Positions 35,589 to 44,480 of a stretch of 56,769 nucleotides of DNA are shown here, in pieces. Origin of the DNA: Dethiobacteria bacterium (GTDB taxonomy: Bacteria > Bacillota > Dethiobacteria > DTU022 > UBA8154); NCBI GenBank assembly GCA_050942625.1, contig JBMNNS010000002.1, forward strand, positions 1-56,769, given 5' to 3'. The notes beneath the pieces were generated by a model, which did no database searches, was not told the DNA's origin, and saw only the letters and a list, made by a program, of their open reading frames with translations. Made by a program: the position numbers and the translations under genes. Numbering within the stretch: position 1 is the first letter of the stretch; each line of letters begins with the position of its first letter.

Positions 35589-36916
35589 GAGGTACTTAGC
35601 TTCCCGCCAACAAATACCACTGCAATGATTAGCCAGAATAGCATAATAATTTTAGGCATGTACAGAAAATGTTCCACCACTCCCTGGGAAAGAATGGCGG
35701 CAATAGCGGATAAAGCGGCAATGAGTATGTTTTTTAAAAATAGATCCCGGCAAGAAAAAAGGGACTGGAGTCCTTTTTTCAAAACACTGACAATGAGCCA
35801 AAGGAATATAAAAAATCCAACAACCCCCGTTTCAACCAAAAATTGCAAGTAAGTATTATGGGCATGATAGGGCAATTTTTGGCGTGTAAGCATGTAATAA
35901 GGGTAGATTTTCCTAAATGCCTGGTAACCAAGCCCCACTCCGGTGGCCCAAAAATCTTTGATAATCAGAAGGGCCTCCTCCCAGACCATAAGGCGGTAGA
36001 TGTTGGAGGTATCCTGGGAACTGCCGATCGTTGCAAACCTTTGCAGAAATACATCCGGCATAAAAACCGCACCTACCAGACTAAAAAGGAGGACAAGGAA
36101 AAACAACAGAAACAAAATCCTTCTGTCTTTAAGAAGGGCGAAGAAAAAGAGGCCCACAGCAAGGCCCAGCCACCCACCCCGGGAAAAAGTAAGGATAAGG
36201 GCAAGGGTCAAAGTCCCCGTCATAGCAAGAAGCAACATCTTTTTGCGGTAGTCCCTTACGGACCACACCAGGGCCAGCCCAAAGGGGATCAACATAATAA
36301 GGTACTCGGCAAGAACATTGGGATTGCCAAAAAAGGAAAAAATACGGGTGCTGAGTCCGGGGTTTCGGGCAGCATCCACCCAGGCGCTTTCCACAGGGAC
36401 CCCTATTACAAACTGGTAGATACCATAAAGGGAAACAATAAAAGCTGCCAGAAGTGTACAAAGAAGGAAGATATAAAGTTCATTTTTGCTCTTTAATTGG
36501 TTAACAAGCACAAAAAAAGCAGCAAAGGAAAGCATATAGATGCTAAATTCCCTCATGCTGGCTGCAGGGGTAATAGAAATAACTGTAAAAACAACAATTG
36601 CAATTATAAAGACAACAATAGCCGGCTCCGGCAAAACGAATTCCAGCCTTTTTGAGGGTCCACACAGCCTGCTAATGATAAAGGAAAAGGCAAGTAAACC
36701 AGCCAACAATAACAGACTTAAATTGGGCAGGAAAGGCAGGGTCCCAGCCAGCAGGTAAAGGCCCCAGGTGGGGTTACAAAGGACAAGAAGACCTGCTACA
36801 GCAGCAACCATATACTTAATAACTGTTATCGCCGGCAGTAAATAAGAAGCAGCCCCAAGGAGCAGCCCTGCAGCGAAAATAAAAAGGGTATGCTGTTTTT
36901 TTAAAGTATATTGCAT
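35585..36916 (-). CDS. O-antigen ligase (Wzy_C) family polymerase/ligase
   Basis: 443 aa polytopic protein with TFSRGGWLGLAVGL and a large loop with HAHNTYLQFLVETG. Confidence 0.8.
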   Translation of the reverse strand: MQYTLKKQHTLFIFAAGLLLGAASYLLPAITVIKYMVAAVAGLLVLCNPTWGLYLLAGTLPFLPNLSLLLLAGLLAFSFIISRLCGPSKRLEFVLPEPAIVVFIIAIVVFTVISITPAASMREFSIYMLSFAAFFVLVNQLKSKNELYIFLLCTLLAAFIVSLYGIYQFVIGVPVESAWVDAARNPGLSTRIFSFFGNPNVLAEYLIMLIPFGLALVWSVRDYRKKMLLLAMTGTLTLALILTFSRGGWLGLAVGLFFFALLKDRRILFLLFFLVLLFSLVGAVFMPDVFLQRFATIGSSQDTSNIYRLMVWEEALLIIKDFWATGVGLGYQAFRKIYPYYMLTRQKLPYHAHNTYLQFLVETGVVGFFIFLWLIVSVLKKGLQSLFSCRDLFLKNILIAALSAIAAILSQGVVEHFLYMPKIIMLFWLIIAVVFVGGKLSTS

Positions 36917-36937
36917 AATATCACCTTATCAGGGCAT

Positions 36938-37498
36938 CTAATCATCTTCTGTTTCCAGGGTAAAAAACCATTTTAGAAAATGGGTGAAAAGGCTACCCTG
37001 GAAAGTTGCTTGCAGCTTATGTGCGTGGAAACGGAGCAAAAGAAACCCTAAAAAACCGGCTGTCAAGATAAAAAGAGTTGTGCCGGCGTATGCTTTTAGT
37101 AACAGGCGGATAATTAAATTGGCAGCAATAAAAGCCAAAAGCAGATCAAGTGCAGCCGGGGCAAAAGAATGTTTCAAAGGAGCAATGCACCAATAAAAAA
37201 ACTTCCCGGTAATACTATTTTGAAAAGAAAACTCCAGGGTGGTACATATTGCTTCCAGCAACGTCATAATTTTGGCAGCTATAAACTGCAGCAGAGCCAA
37301 AACACGGCTCCCGTGCCAGGGGGAGAAAGAATAGTTTTTCCGGAACGTTCCCAGTAAAAAGCTGCCGGCAGCCCATTTATCCAAAGTAAGGGCAAAACCA
37401 TTGACTAACCCTAAAATAATGCTGGACCGTGCCCACATGCTTATTGTTGGTAATAAGCTGCCTAAGATTATTTTTTTGGGGCAACTTTGATTTGCCAT
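36938..37498 (-). CDS. Hypothetical integral membrane protein
   Basis: 186 aa, several TM helices. ATG 7 nt after GGAGGGGG. No family recognised. Confidence 0.55.
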   Translation of the reverse strand: MANQSCPKKIILGSLLPTISMWARSSIILGLVNGFALTLDKWAAGSFLLGTFRKNYSFSPWHGSRVLALLQFIAAKIMTLLEAICTTLEFSFQNSITGKFFYWCIAPLKHSFAPAALDLLLAFIAANLIIRLLLKAYAGTTLFILTAGFLGFLLLRFHAHKLQATFQGSLFTHFLKWFFTLETEDD

Positions 37499-37532
37499 GG
37501 ATAGGCCCCCTCCTTAGTGCCTAATTACATTA

Positions 37533-38054
37533 CTACTGCTCATAAAGACTACTGCTAATTTTTTGCTCGTCAAGTTCTTTTCGCAGCACAATACCGGCTA
37601 CGGCATAATCCCGGGTCCGCAGGATCATGGTTGTACCGATGCGAATTTCATAGGAAGCAATTCGCAGCACGCTCCCCGTGTCGTGGCCATTGCACTCCAA
37701 TTCCAAGTAGATATCAAAGCGCTCCGGAACTTCTGCCAGCACAAAACCACCTTTACCGGTTTCTGCCGGTCTGCGAAAGGGCACCACTTTTTTGTCCTTG
37801 ATCGTCCCCACAACACTACTGCTGGTTGCATCCATGACCTGATCGCCGACCTTGATCGCCTGCACCGTCTGCTGCCGGACCTCGCTAATGAGGACTTCCA
37901 AATTAACCGGGATGGTACCAGGTTCATTCCTTGTAGCCCTACCCGTAAATTTGCCCACACCAACCATTACTACAGTCATTAGCAGTATAAGAACAATAAG
38001 ATCAACAATATTGATAATGCCGAAAAGCTTTCCCCGATCATCAATTATTTTCAA
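37533..38054 (-). CDS. DUF4330 domain protein
   Basis: MKIIDDRGKLFGIINIVDLIVLILL N-terminus and an overall 173-aa layout typical of DUF4330. The TTG start overlaps the upstream stop. Confidence 0.7.
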   Translation of the reverse strand: MKIIDDRGKLFGIINIVDLIVLILLMTVVMVGVGKFTGRATRNEPGTIPVNLEVLISEVRQQTVQAIKVGDQVMDATSSSVVGTIKDKKVVPFRRPAETGKGGFVLAEVPERFDIYLELECNGHDTGSVLRIASYEIRIGTTMILRTRDYAVAGIVLRKELDEQKISSSLYEQ

Positions 38055-39190
38055 TTCCCTTCTCCCCTTTCGGCATTTTTTAGTATCTGCCGGTATATTT
38101 CTCGGTGGTTATAGCCAAGGCGTTCCAGGGAAAAATTTTCCCGGGCATAAAAGTATAGTTTTTTTCCCAGGCATGCCGCCAATTTTTCATCACGCAGCAA
38201 CACCAACAACTTCAAGGCAAATTGCTCCACATTCCCCGCCTCAAAAAGCAAGCCGGTTTCCCCCTCCTTTAGAAGATGGGTTATTCCACCTACATTGGCA
38301 CTGAGAGTTGGTTTTTTCAGGCGTGCCCCTTCCAGTAAAACGAGGGGAAAGCTTTCGCTGTAAGAAGTCAGGGTATTAATGTCCAAAATACTGATGAATT
38401 GGTCCGGTTGATTTGTATAACCGGTAAAATAAACCCTTTCCCCAAGCATGAGTTTATTACGTAACTTTATAAGTTTTTCTTTTTCCTCCCCATCACCGGC
38501 GATAAGGAAATATATGTCCGGCTCTTCCTCAAGAACCAGGCGTGCACCCTGCAGGAAAAGATCAAGACCTTTTACTGGATGCAGACGGCCCATAATGCCC
38601 ACTATCCTGGCCTCAGGGGGAATAGTAAGCCCAAAGTCTTTTAAGATATCCTCTTTTCTGCCCAACTTCAATTTGGCATTAAAATCAATACCATTGTAGA
38701 TGACAAATATTTTTTCAGCAGGGAACCCCCTTGAAACCAACATTTCTTTAAAGCTATCGGAAACAGCAACAAAATAGTCAAAACTGCGCAGGGCCCAGGC
38801 ATTCAAATTGGTATAAATAAGATTTTTATAAAAGCTGCCCTGAAAATCCAGCTTGTAATCGCTATGCATAGTAGTAAGGGAGGGTATATGAAGGGATCTG
38901 CGCATAATTGCGGCTATAAAATTGGCCCGGGCTCCATGACAGTGGAGTATTTGAAACCTTTCCTGCCGGATGAGGTTACATAGTTGCCTGACAACCCCTA
39001 AATCATATCTTCCTTTTTGCGGGATTACACTAATATTAAGACCCATCCTCTGTCCTTCACGGAAAAAATCCCCCTCCATTAGGCAGATAAGCTTAATATC
39101 TACATGTTTTTCTAATTCCTTCGCCAGGGAAAGAACATGTGTTTTGGCTCCTCCTGTATCGCCCCCACTGATCAGGTGCAGCACCTTCAT
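38051..39190 (-). CDS. Family 4 (GT-B) glycosyltransferase
   Basis: GGDTGGAKTHVL N-terminus and the ESFPLVLLEG...GETGLLF E-x7-E region. Confidence 0.85.
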   Translation of the reverse strand: MKVLHLISGGDTGGAKTHVLSLAKELEKHVDIKLICLMEGDFFREGQRMGLNISVIPQKGRYDLGVVRQLCNLIRQERFQILHCHGARANFIAAIMRRSLHIPSLTTMHSDYKLDFQGSFYKNLIYTNLNAWALRSFDYFVAVSDSFKEMLVSRGFPAEKIFVIYNGIDFNAKLKLGRKEDILKDFGLTIPPEARIVGIMGRLHPVKGLDLFLQGARLVLEEEPDIYFLIAGDGEEKEKLIKLRNKLMLGERVYFTGYTNQPDQFISILDINTLTSYSESFPLVLLEGARLKKPTLSANVGGITHLLKEGETGLLFEAGNVEQFALKLLVLLRDEKLAACLGKKLYFYARENFSLERLGYNHREIYRQILKNAERGEGN

Positions 39191-40374
39191 TGAAAAATAC
39201 CTCCGTTTTCTTCCTTCCCAAAAAAATAGCGGTAAACATTTTCCCCAAAGCTCCTACTTTGTCGACGATAATCTGCAGCAATTTGTTGCAACTCAGTCCT
39301 GATTGTTTCCCTTTGCTGCCAGATCTTTAAACAATGGTGGTAAAGTTCTTCTGCTTGCAGGTTTTCTACCCTGAACGCTGGACTTAGCCCTAACTGAACC
39401 AGGAGGGAAGACACCTTAGGATCATACCCCACCCCGACCATGGGCGTGCCGGTAATAGCTGCAAAAATGAGGGAATGCAAACGTACCCCAATCAAGAGAT
39501 CCAGATAGGTAAAAAGGGAAAGGGCCTCCTGCGGCGTCAGTTCTTCCTCAACCACAAAAACTTCCTGCTGAATTAAAGATGCTGTACAACGGGAAACTGC
39601 CAGGTCCTTGGCAGGGAACATAGGGATAATGATAACTACTGCACCTATTTCCAGGGCAAGTTGATCGGCTGCTTTGGCTATTTCTGGAATAAATAATTTA
39701 TTGAGCCCCAGCCATCCTCTCACAGAAATACCCAGGAAAGGCTTTCCCGAGGGTAAATTGTCCAGTATCCGCCCTACTCTTACATTGTTATTTTCCCTGG
39801 AAGGCACAAAACAAAATGCCGGATCAACTGTAACATGAAGGGGCGGCTTTTTTACACCCAGGGAAATAAGTTCGTCCCTGGAGTCAACATCCCTCACCGT
39901 CACAAGGTCAACCCCATCAATAATCCAGCGAGCAATAAAACGGTTTATTTTTTTTGTGATGGGACCTATCCCATGAGCATAAAGAACGGTTTTTTTCCTA
40001 AACAAACGGGCCAGAAAAACCAGACCCAAATAATACAAAACAGAAAGCCCATAGCCCGTTTTGTCCTGTAAAAGACTGCCGCCACCGCTAAGGAAAAGAT
40101 CACAATCTTTTATTGCTCTTATAATAGCAAAAAGATTTGTCCTACTTACGGCCCTTATTCCGTTCCTTTGCCTTATTGCCTCCGGGTTAGCTGAAAGAAC
40201 CGTTATTGCCAGGGTTTGCCCTTCCTTTGAAGCAGCCTTCCTGAAAACCTGCAAGATGCTTTCAAGGATAGCTTCATCCCCTATGTTGTTAAACCCGTGA
40301 TAGCCTGAAATAAGGATTCTTCGCATGGTATTATATTTGTTCTTTTGCATATCCCTTACACAATTCGAGGGCAA
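39187..40374 (-). CDS. csaB: Polysaccharide pyruvyl transferase CsaB
   Basis: RILISGYHGFNNIGDEAILESIL and GGGSLLQD motifs. The start is uncertain (TTG 40374, ATG 40350 or ATG 40326). Confidence 0.8.
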   Translation of the reverse strand: MPSNCVRDMQKNKYNTMRRILISGYHGFNNIGDEAILESILQVFRKAASKEGQTLAITVLSANPEAIRQRNGIRAVSRTNLFAIIRAIKDCDLFLSGGGSLLQDKTGYGLSVLYYLGLVFLARLFRKKTVLYAHGIGPITKKINRFIARWIIDGVDLVTVRDVDSRDELISLGVKKPPLHVTVDPAFCFVPSRENNNVRVGRILDNLPSGKPFLGISVRGWLGLNKLFIPEIAKAADQLALEIGAVVIIIPMFPAKDLAVSRCTASLIQQEVFVVEEELTPQEALSLFTYLDLLIGVRLHSLIFAAITGTPMVGVGYDPKVSSLLVQLGLSPAFRVENLQAEELYHHCLKIWQQRETIRTELQQIAADYRRQSRSFGENVYRYFFGKEENGGIFQ

Positions 40375-40380
40375 AAGCCA

Positions 40381-41547
40381 TTATTCCTTCCCGGTAGCAG
40401 GCGTAAAAGGTACAGGCATTGAACCCCATAAACCAAAGTGGTACAAGAGAATCTGGACTATCCGCTTTGCAGCTTGCCCATCGCCAAATGGATTTGCGAT
40501 GCGTGACATGGTTTCATAGGCAGATTTATTCTGCAAGAGGCGTGCAGTAAGACTGTAAACACTTTTACGGCTATTGCCTGCCAGGCGAGCAGTTCCAGCC
40601 GCAAGGGCCTCCGGCCTTTCGGTAACATTTCGCAAAACCAAAACAGGCCTGCCGAGCGAGGGAGCTTCCTCCTGTATCCCACCTGAGTCGGTGAGGATCA
40701 AGTAGGAACGGGCCATGAGGTTATGAAAAGTTAGTGTATCGAGCGGTTCCAAAAGGGTTACACGGGGGTGCCCCCTCAGGTAACTGTAAACTATCTTGCG
40801 AACTGCAGGGTTTTTATGGACAGGAAAAACAAGGTGCGTATCAGGAAAGTCCTTCAGTATATCAAGTAATGCCTTACAGATTTCCTCCAGGGGTGAACCA
40901 AGGTTTTCTCGGCGGTGGACCTCCACCAGGAGGATCCGGGAGGTATTAAAGTCCAGGCCCTGCAGCCGGGGATCACTGAAGGTAAAGTCACGCTGTATTG
41001 TAGTTTTCAGAGCATCAATGACGGTATTTCCCGTAATATAAATTGTATCTTCATCAATACCCTCCCGTAAAAGATTATCTGCTGCAGCACGGGTGGGTGC
41101 AAAATGAAAGTCGGCTATGACACTATTCAAACAGCGGTTAATTTCTTCGGGAAAGGGGGCATACTTGTCGCCGGTGCGCAGCCCAGCTTCTACGTGGCCA
41201 ACAGGGATCTTGTGGTAAAAAGCAGCAAGAGAGCCTGCAAAGGTCGTTGTCGTGTCCCCCTGTATAAGCACCAGATCGGGCTTTTCTAAAGCTAAAACCC
41301 TGTCAAGTCCCTTGAGGGCACTGGCGGTGATGTGGATCAGGGTCTGGTTCTGGAGCATGATATCTAGATCGTAGTGGGCTTCCAGTTCAAAAAGAGAAAG
41401 CACCTGGTCTAGCATTTCCCGGTGCTGGGCAGTCAGGGTCAAAATAGACTCCACCTGCTCTGTTTCCTTCAGGAAACGGATGAGTGGAGCCATTTTGATG
41501 GCCTCAGGGCGAGTGCCCACAATACTCATTATCTTAATTTTTTTCAT
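40381..41547 (-). CDS. mnaA: UDP-N-acetylglucosamine 2-epimerase (non-hydrolysing)
   Basis: IVGTRPEAIKMAPL, QGDTTT, HVEAGLRT, LTDSGGIQEEAPSLGRPVLVLR. Confidence 0.9.
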   Translation of the reverse strand: MKKIKIMSIVGTRPEAIKMAPLIRFLKETEQVESILTLTAQHREMLDQVLSLFELEAHYDLDIMLQNQTLIHITASALKGLDRVLALEKPDLVLIQGDTTTTFAGSLAAFYHKIPVGHVEAGLRTGDKYAPFPEEINRCLNSVIADFHFAPTRAAADNLLREGIDEDTIYITGNTVIDALKTTIQRDFTFSDPRLQGLDFNTSRILLVEVHRRENLGSPLEEICKALLDILKDFPDTHLVFPVHKNPAVRKIVYSYLRGHPRVTLLEPLDTLTFHNLMARSYLILTDSGGIQEEAPSLGRPVLVLRNVTERPEALAAGTARLAGNSRKSVYSLTARLLQNKSAYETMSRIANPFGDGQAAKRIVQILLYHFGLWGSMPVPFTPATGKE

Positions 41548-41574
41548 TAGTTAACGGAACACTCCCTTCACATT

Positions 41575-42642
41575 TCACGGTTGTCCCTTTTCCGACCTTG
41601 TTTTTGCCCTGTCTGGTAAGTTACTTACCAGGCTGCTAAGAACATCAAGATGCTTTAAAGCGAAAATAAAGAATATAAAGATAACCGGGATAAGATAGAA
41701 ACTAAATTCGGGAAAGCGATCGAACACAATGGCAGATATACCAAAATAGATGCTGCCAAAATAAAGGAGCATTACCGTTTGCCGGGCACTCAACCCCAGG
41801 CCCAGGAGCCGGTGGTGAATATGGCCCTTGTCAGCCTGGAAAATTGGGCGCCGGTTTTTTAAGCGCCGCCACATGGCATAAAAGGTATCGGTAATCGGCA
41901 GACCAAAAATAAGGACCGGGATAATCAAGGTAGTAAGCGTTGCCTGCTTGGTCACACTCATGATGGAAAAACCGGCAAGCATAAAACCTAAAAATAGGCT
42001 GCCCGTGTCCCCTAAAAAAATGCGTGCCGGCGAAAAATTATACGGTAAAAAACCCAAAGCTGCCCCTGCCAGGATCAAAGCGAGTAGCGGTGTGAAAACA
42101 GGGAATTGGCCCCACGTCAGGCCAAAAATCACTATCGCTGCAATCACGGAAACCCCGGTGGCAAGGCCATCTACACCGTCAATGAGGTTTACCGCATTAG
42201 TAATCCCTACAATCCAAAGCAGCGTTAAAGGTATTACCAAAAAGTCACCTAGAAAAACCATATTTTGAAAAGGAAGGGTAATAAATTCAATTCTAATATT
42301 ATAAATAATAAGGATAAAAGCAGCTACAAATTGACCAAAAAACTTTAGTTTATAGGAGAGGCCTTTAATGTCGTCTAAGACACCTAACAAAAGAATGAGG
42401 GTACTACCCAAAAAAAGCCCAAACAATTTTTCTCCTTCCCCGGTAATGAGGAAAACAAAGAGAACTGCGACCCAAAATGAAATATAAACAGCTACACCGC
42501 CTAAAAGAGGCATGGCTTTTTTGTGTATCTTACGGGAATTGGGATAATCTACAGCACCCAATTTTAGGGCCAATTGTTTGATAAATGGTGTGAGGACAAA
42601 GGTTAAAATAAAAGCCAGTCCAGGGGCAAAAAATACCGACAT
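41575..42642 (-). CDS. tagO: Undecaprenyl-phosphate GlcNAc-1-phosphate transferase (TagO/WecA, MraY-like GT4 family)
   Basis: PNSRKIHKKAMPLLGG, NAVNLIDGVDGLA, FLGDTGSLFLGF. Confidence 0.85.
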   Translation of the reverse strand: MSVFFAPGLAFILTFVLTPFIKQLALKLGAVDYPNSRKIHKKAMPLLGGVAVYISFWVAVLFVFLITGEGEKLFGLFLGSTLILLLGVLDDIKGLSYKLKFFGQFVAAFILIIYNIRIEFITLPFQNMVFLGDFLVIPLTLLWIVGITNAVNLIDGVDGLATGVSVIAAIVIFGLTWGQFPVFTPLLALILAGAALGFLPYNFSPARIFLGDTGSLFLGFMLAGFSIMSVTKQATLTTLIIPVLIFGLPITDTFYAMWRRLKNRRPIFQADKGHIHHRLLGLGLSARQTVMLLYFGSIYFGISAIVFDRFPEFSFYLIPVIFIFFIFALKHLDVLSSLVSNLPDRAKTRSEKGQP

Positions 42643-42771
42643 GGAAGAGTATCACCCTCTTTTCAAATATTCTATCTATATTTACTCTTATCTACTTATC
42701 CTTTTAACGAGTCAAATCCTGCTTACCTCGCTTTGGGAAAATACGGTAATGCCACATCAACAACGTCTACA

Positions 42772-42780
42772 ATTATAGCA
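42772..42780 (-). promoter_or_regulatory. Candidate extended -10 promoter (TGCTATAAT) for the tagO operon
   Basis: TGnTATAAT match about 125 nt upstream of the tagO ATG and downstream of the mbl terminator. Confidence 0.35.
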
Positions 42781-42893
42781 CAATTTTTCCCTACAGTGTG
42801 TAAACGTAAAAAAAACATTTTGGTTACGTCCCAACACTTTATATTTTTATGCGTATTAAACAAGGTGTTGCAAAAACCCAGTATGTAGAATAT

Positions 42894-42922
42894 AAAAAAA
42901 GCCCTGCTGACAACAGCAGGGC
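42894..42922 (-). terminator. Intrinsic terminator of mbl
   Basis: Perfect 9-bp stem GCCCTGCTG/CAGCAGGGC, 4-nt loop, then TTTTTTT on the minus strand. Confidence 0.75.
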
Positions 42923-42966
42923 CATGACTTTAGCCTTCTTAAACAAACTACCAGTACATACTAACC

Positions 42967-43995
42967 CTAAAATGAGGAAACAAGATTCCTACTTGTAACC
43001 AGGGTTCCAGAAAGCTGATCAAGATAATCCAGGACTTTACCTGTTCCCAAGGCTACACTGCCTACAGGGTCATCTGCCAGAAAGGTAGGCAACCCTGTTT
43101 CTCTGGCAATAATTTTGCTAAAACCATCCAACATAGCGCCCCCCCCTGTGAGAACAATGCCTTTTTCAATAATGTCCCCGGCCAGCTCCGGTGGTGTCTT
43201 TTCCAGTAACTGCTTGACACCCTGGATAATGATCCAGACAGGCTCGCTGATGGCCTCTGCAATTTGTTCAGTTGTTACCTCCAGGGAACGGGGCAATCCA
43301 CTGATTAAGTCACGGCCACGGATTTCCACTTTCAGGGAACGGCTGCCAGGATATGCAGAACCTATCTCTATTTTAATTGTCTCGGCTGAACGCTCACCAA
43401 TAAAGAGATTATGTACCTTTTTAATATAGCGTATAATTGCCTCATCAAACTTGTCCCCACCAACTTTAACACTGGAGGAAGTTACCGTTTCGCCCATGGA
43501 GAGAACTGCCATGTCGGTGGTTCCGCCACCTATATCCACTACCATGCTCCCGCTTGGTTCAAAAATGTCCAGTCCCGCCCCAAGTGCAGCAGCCTGCGGT
43601 TCTTCAATCAGGTAAGCTTCCTTAGCTCCGGTACGGGTAATAGCCTCTATAACGGCTTTTTTTTCTATAGAAGTTGTGCCTGTCGGGATACAGACAACGA
43701 CACGGGGCTTAAAAAAACTGCGCCGTTTACAGACCTTCGTAATAAAATGCTTTAACATAATCTCAGTAGCATCAAAGTCAGCTATAGTGCCTTCCTTCAG
43801 GGGCCGTATGGCAATTATATTCCCCGGGGTTCTCCCCAACATATTACGGGCATTTTCCCCTACAGCAAGCACTTTCTTACTTTTTTGCTCAATGGCTACT
43901 ACTGAAGATTCATTGAGAACAATCCCTTTTCCTTTTAAATAAACAAGGACTGTGGCAGTGCCAAGGTCAATACCCATATCTGCCGACCAAACCAT
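42967..43995 (-). CDS. mbl: Rod-shape-determining actin homologue MreB/Mbl
   Basis: GIDLGTATVLVY, VVCIPTG, DIGGGTTD, GIVLTGGGA. The position next to spoIIID matches Bacillus mbl. Confidence 0.9.
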   Translation of the reverse strand: MVWSADMGIDLGTATVLVYLKGKGIVLNESSVVAIEQKSKKVLAVGENARNMLGRTPGNIIAIRPLKEGTIADFDATEIMLKHFITKVCKRRSFFKPRVVVCIPTGTTSIEKKAVIEAITRTGAKEAYLIEEPQAAALGAGLDIFEPSGSMVVDIGGGTTDMAVLSMGETVTSSSVKVGGDKFDEAIIRYIKKVHNLFIGERSAETIKIEIGSAYPGSRSLKVEIRGRDLISGLPRSLEVTTEQIAEAISEPVWIIIQGVKQLLEKTPPELAGDIIEKGIVLTGGGAMLDGFSKIIARETGLPTFLADDPVGSVALGTGKVLDYLDQLSGTLVTSRNLVSSF

Positions 43996-44121
43996 TTTGA
44001 TATATCCTCTCCCTCTTGCAACACCCTTAGTTATTATCTCTTACAGGGTATATTCGCCATACAGCTAGGTATTTCCTTTTTATAGAAACTCTTTTTTATT
44101 TACTAAAACCTAAAAAAATAT

Positions 44122-44421
44122 TTAAGTCGCCTTACTAAGTTCATTCCTTTTTTCTTTAGCTTCTTCCTCATTTCGTAAGATATGATATTTGAGGCGTGTC
44201 GCTTCACCGCCTCTTAAATGGCGCTCTGCCTTATTTTTTTCCAATATTTTACGGACTTCCTGTGCCAGGTTAGCATTAATAAGGGGAAGGCGTTCAGTAA
44301 CGTCCTTATGGACGGTGCTTTTGCTTACCCCGAAAACCTGGGCTGTTTGCCTCACAGTATAGCCCGTCTCCAATATATAATCACCAATCTCGATAACCCT
44401 TTGAATAATGTAGTCCTGCAC
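44122..44421 (-). CDS. spoIIID: Sporulation transcriptional regulator SpoIIID
   Basis: GTG start after AAAGGGGG gives a 99-aa protein: VQDYIIQRVIEIGDYILETGYTVRQTAQVFGVSKSTVHKDVTERLP..., colinear with B. subtilis SpoIIID. The 153-aa track ORF is an upstream over-extension. Confidence 0.9.
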   Translation of the reverse strand: MQDYIIQRVIEIGDYILETGYTVRQTAQVFGVSKSTVHKDVTERLPLINANLAQEVRKILEKNKAERHLRGGEATRLKYHILRNEEEAKEKRNELSKAT

Positions 44422-44451
44422 AGGGAAGCCCCCTTTGACCGGCTTTCTAAA

Positions 44452-44480
44452 TTTATATGTTTTTTGGCGATAATTAATTC
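44452..44480 (-). promoter_or_regulatory. Candidate sigmaE-type promoter of spoIIID
   Basis: GAATTAA - 14 nt - CATATAAA about 30 nt upstream of the GTG. This resembles the Bacillus sigmaE consensus (ATA-rich -35, CATACA-T -10). Confidence 0.3.

Noticed and set aside
35843-36496. 217-aa plus-strand ORF (also 36000-36251 and 36129-36461)
   Set aside because: It lies entirely antisense to the O-antigen ligase gene. The K/G/P/Q-rich low-complexity translation is the mirror image of Leu/Phe-rich membrane codons. It has no SD.
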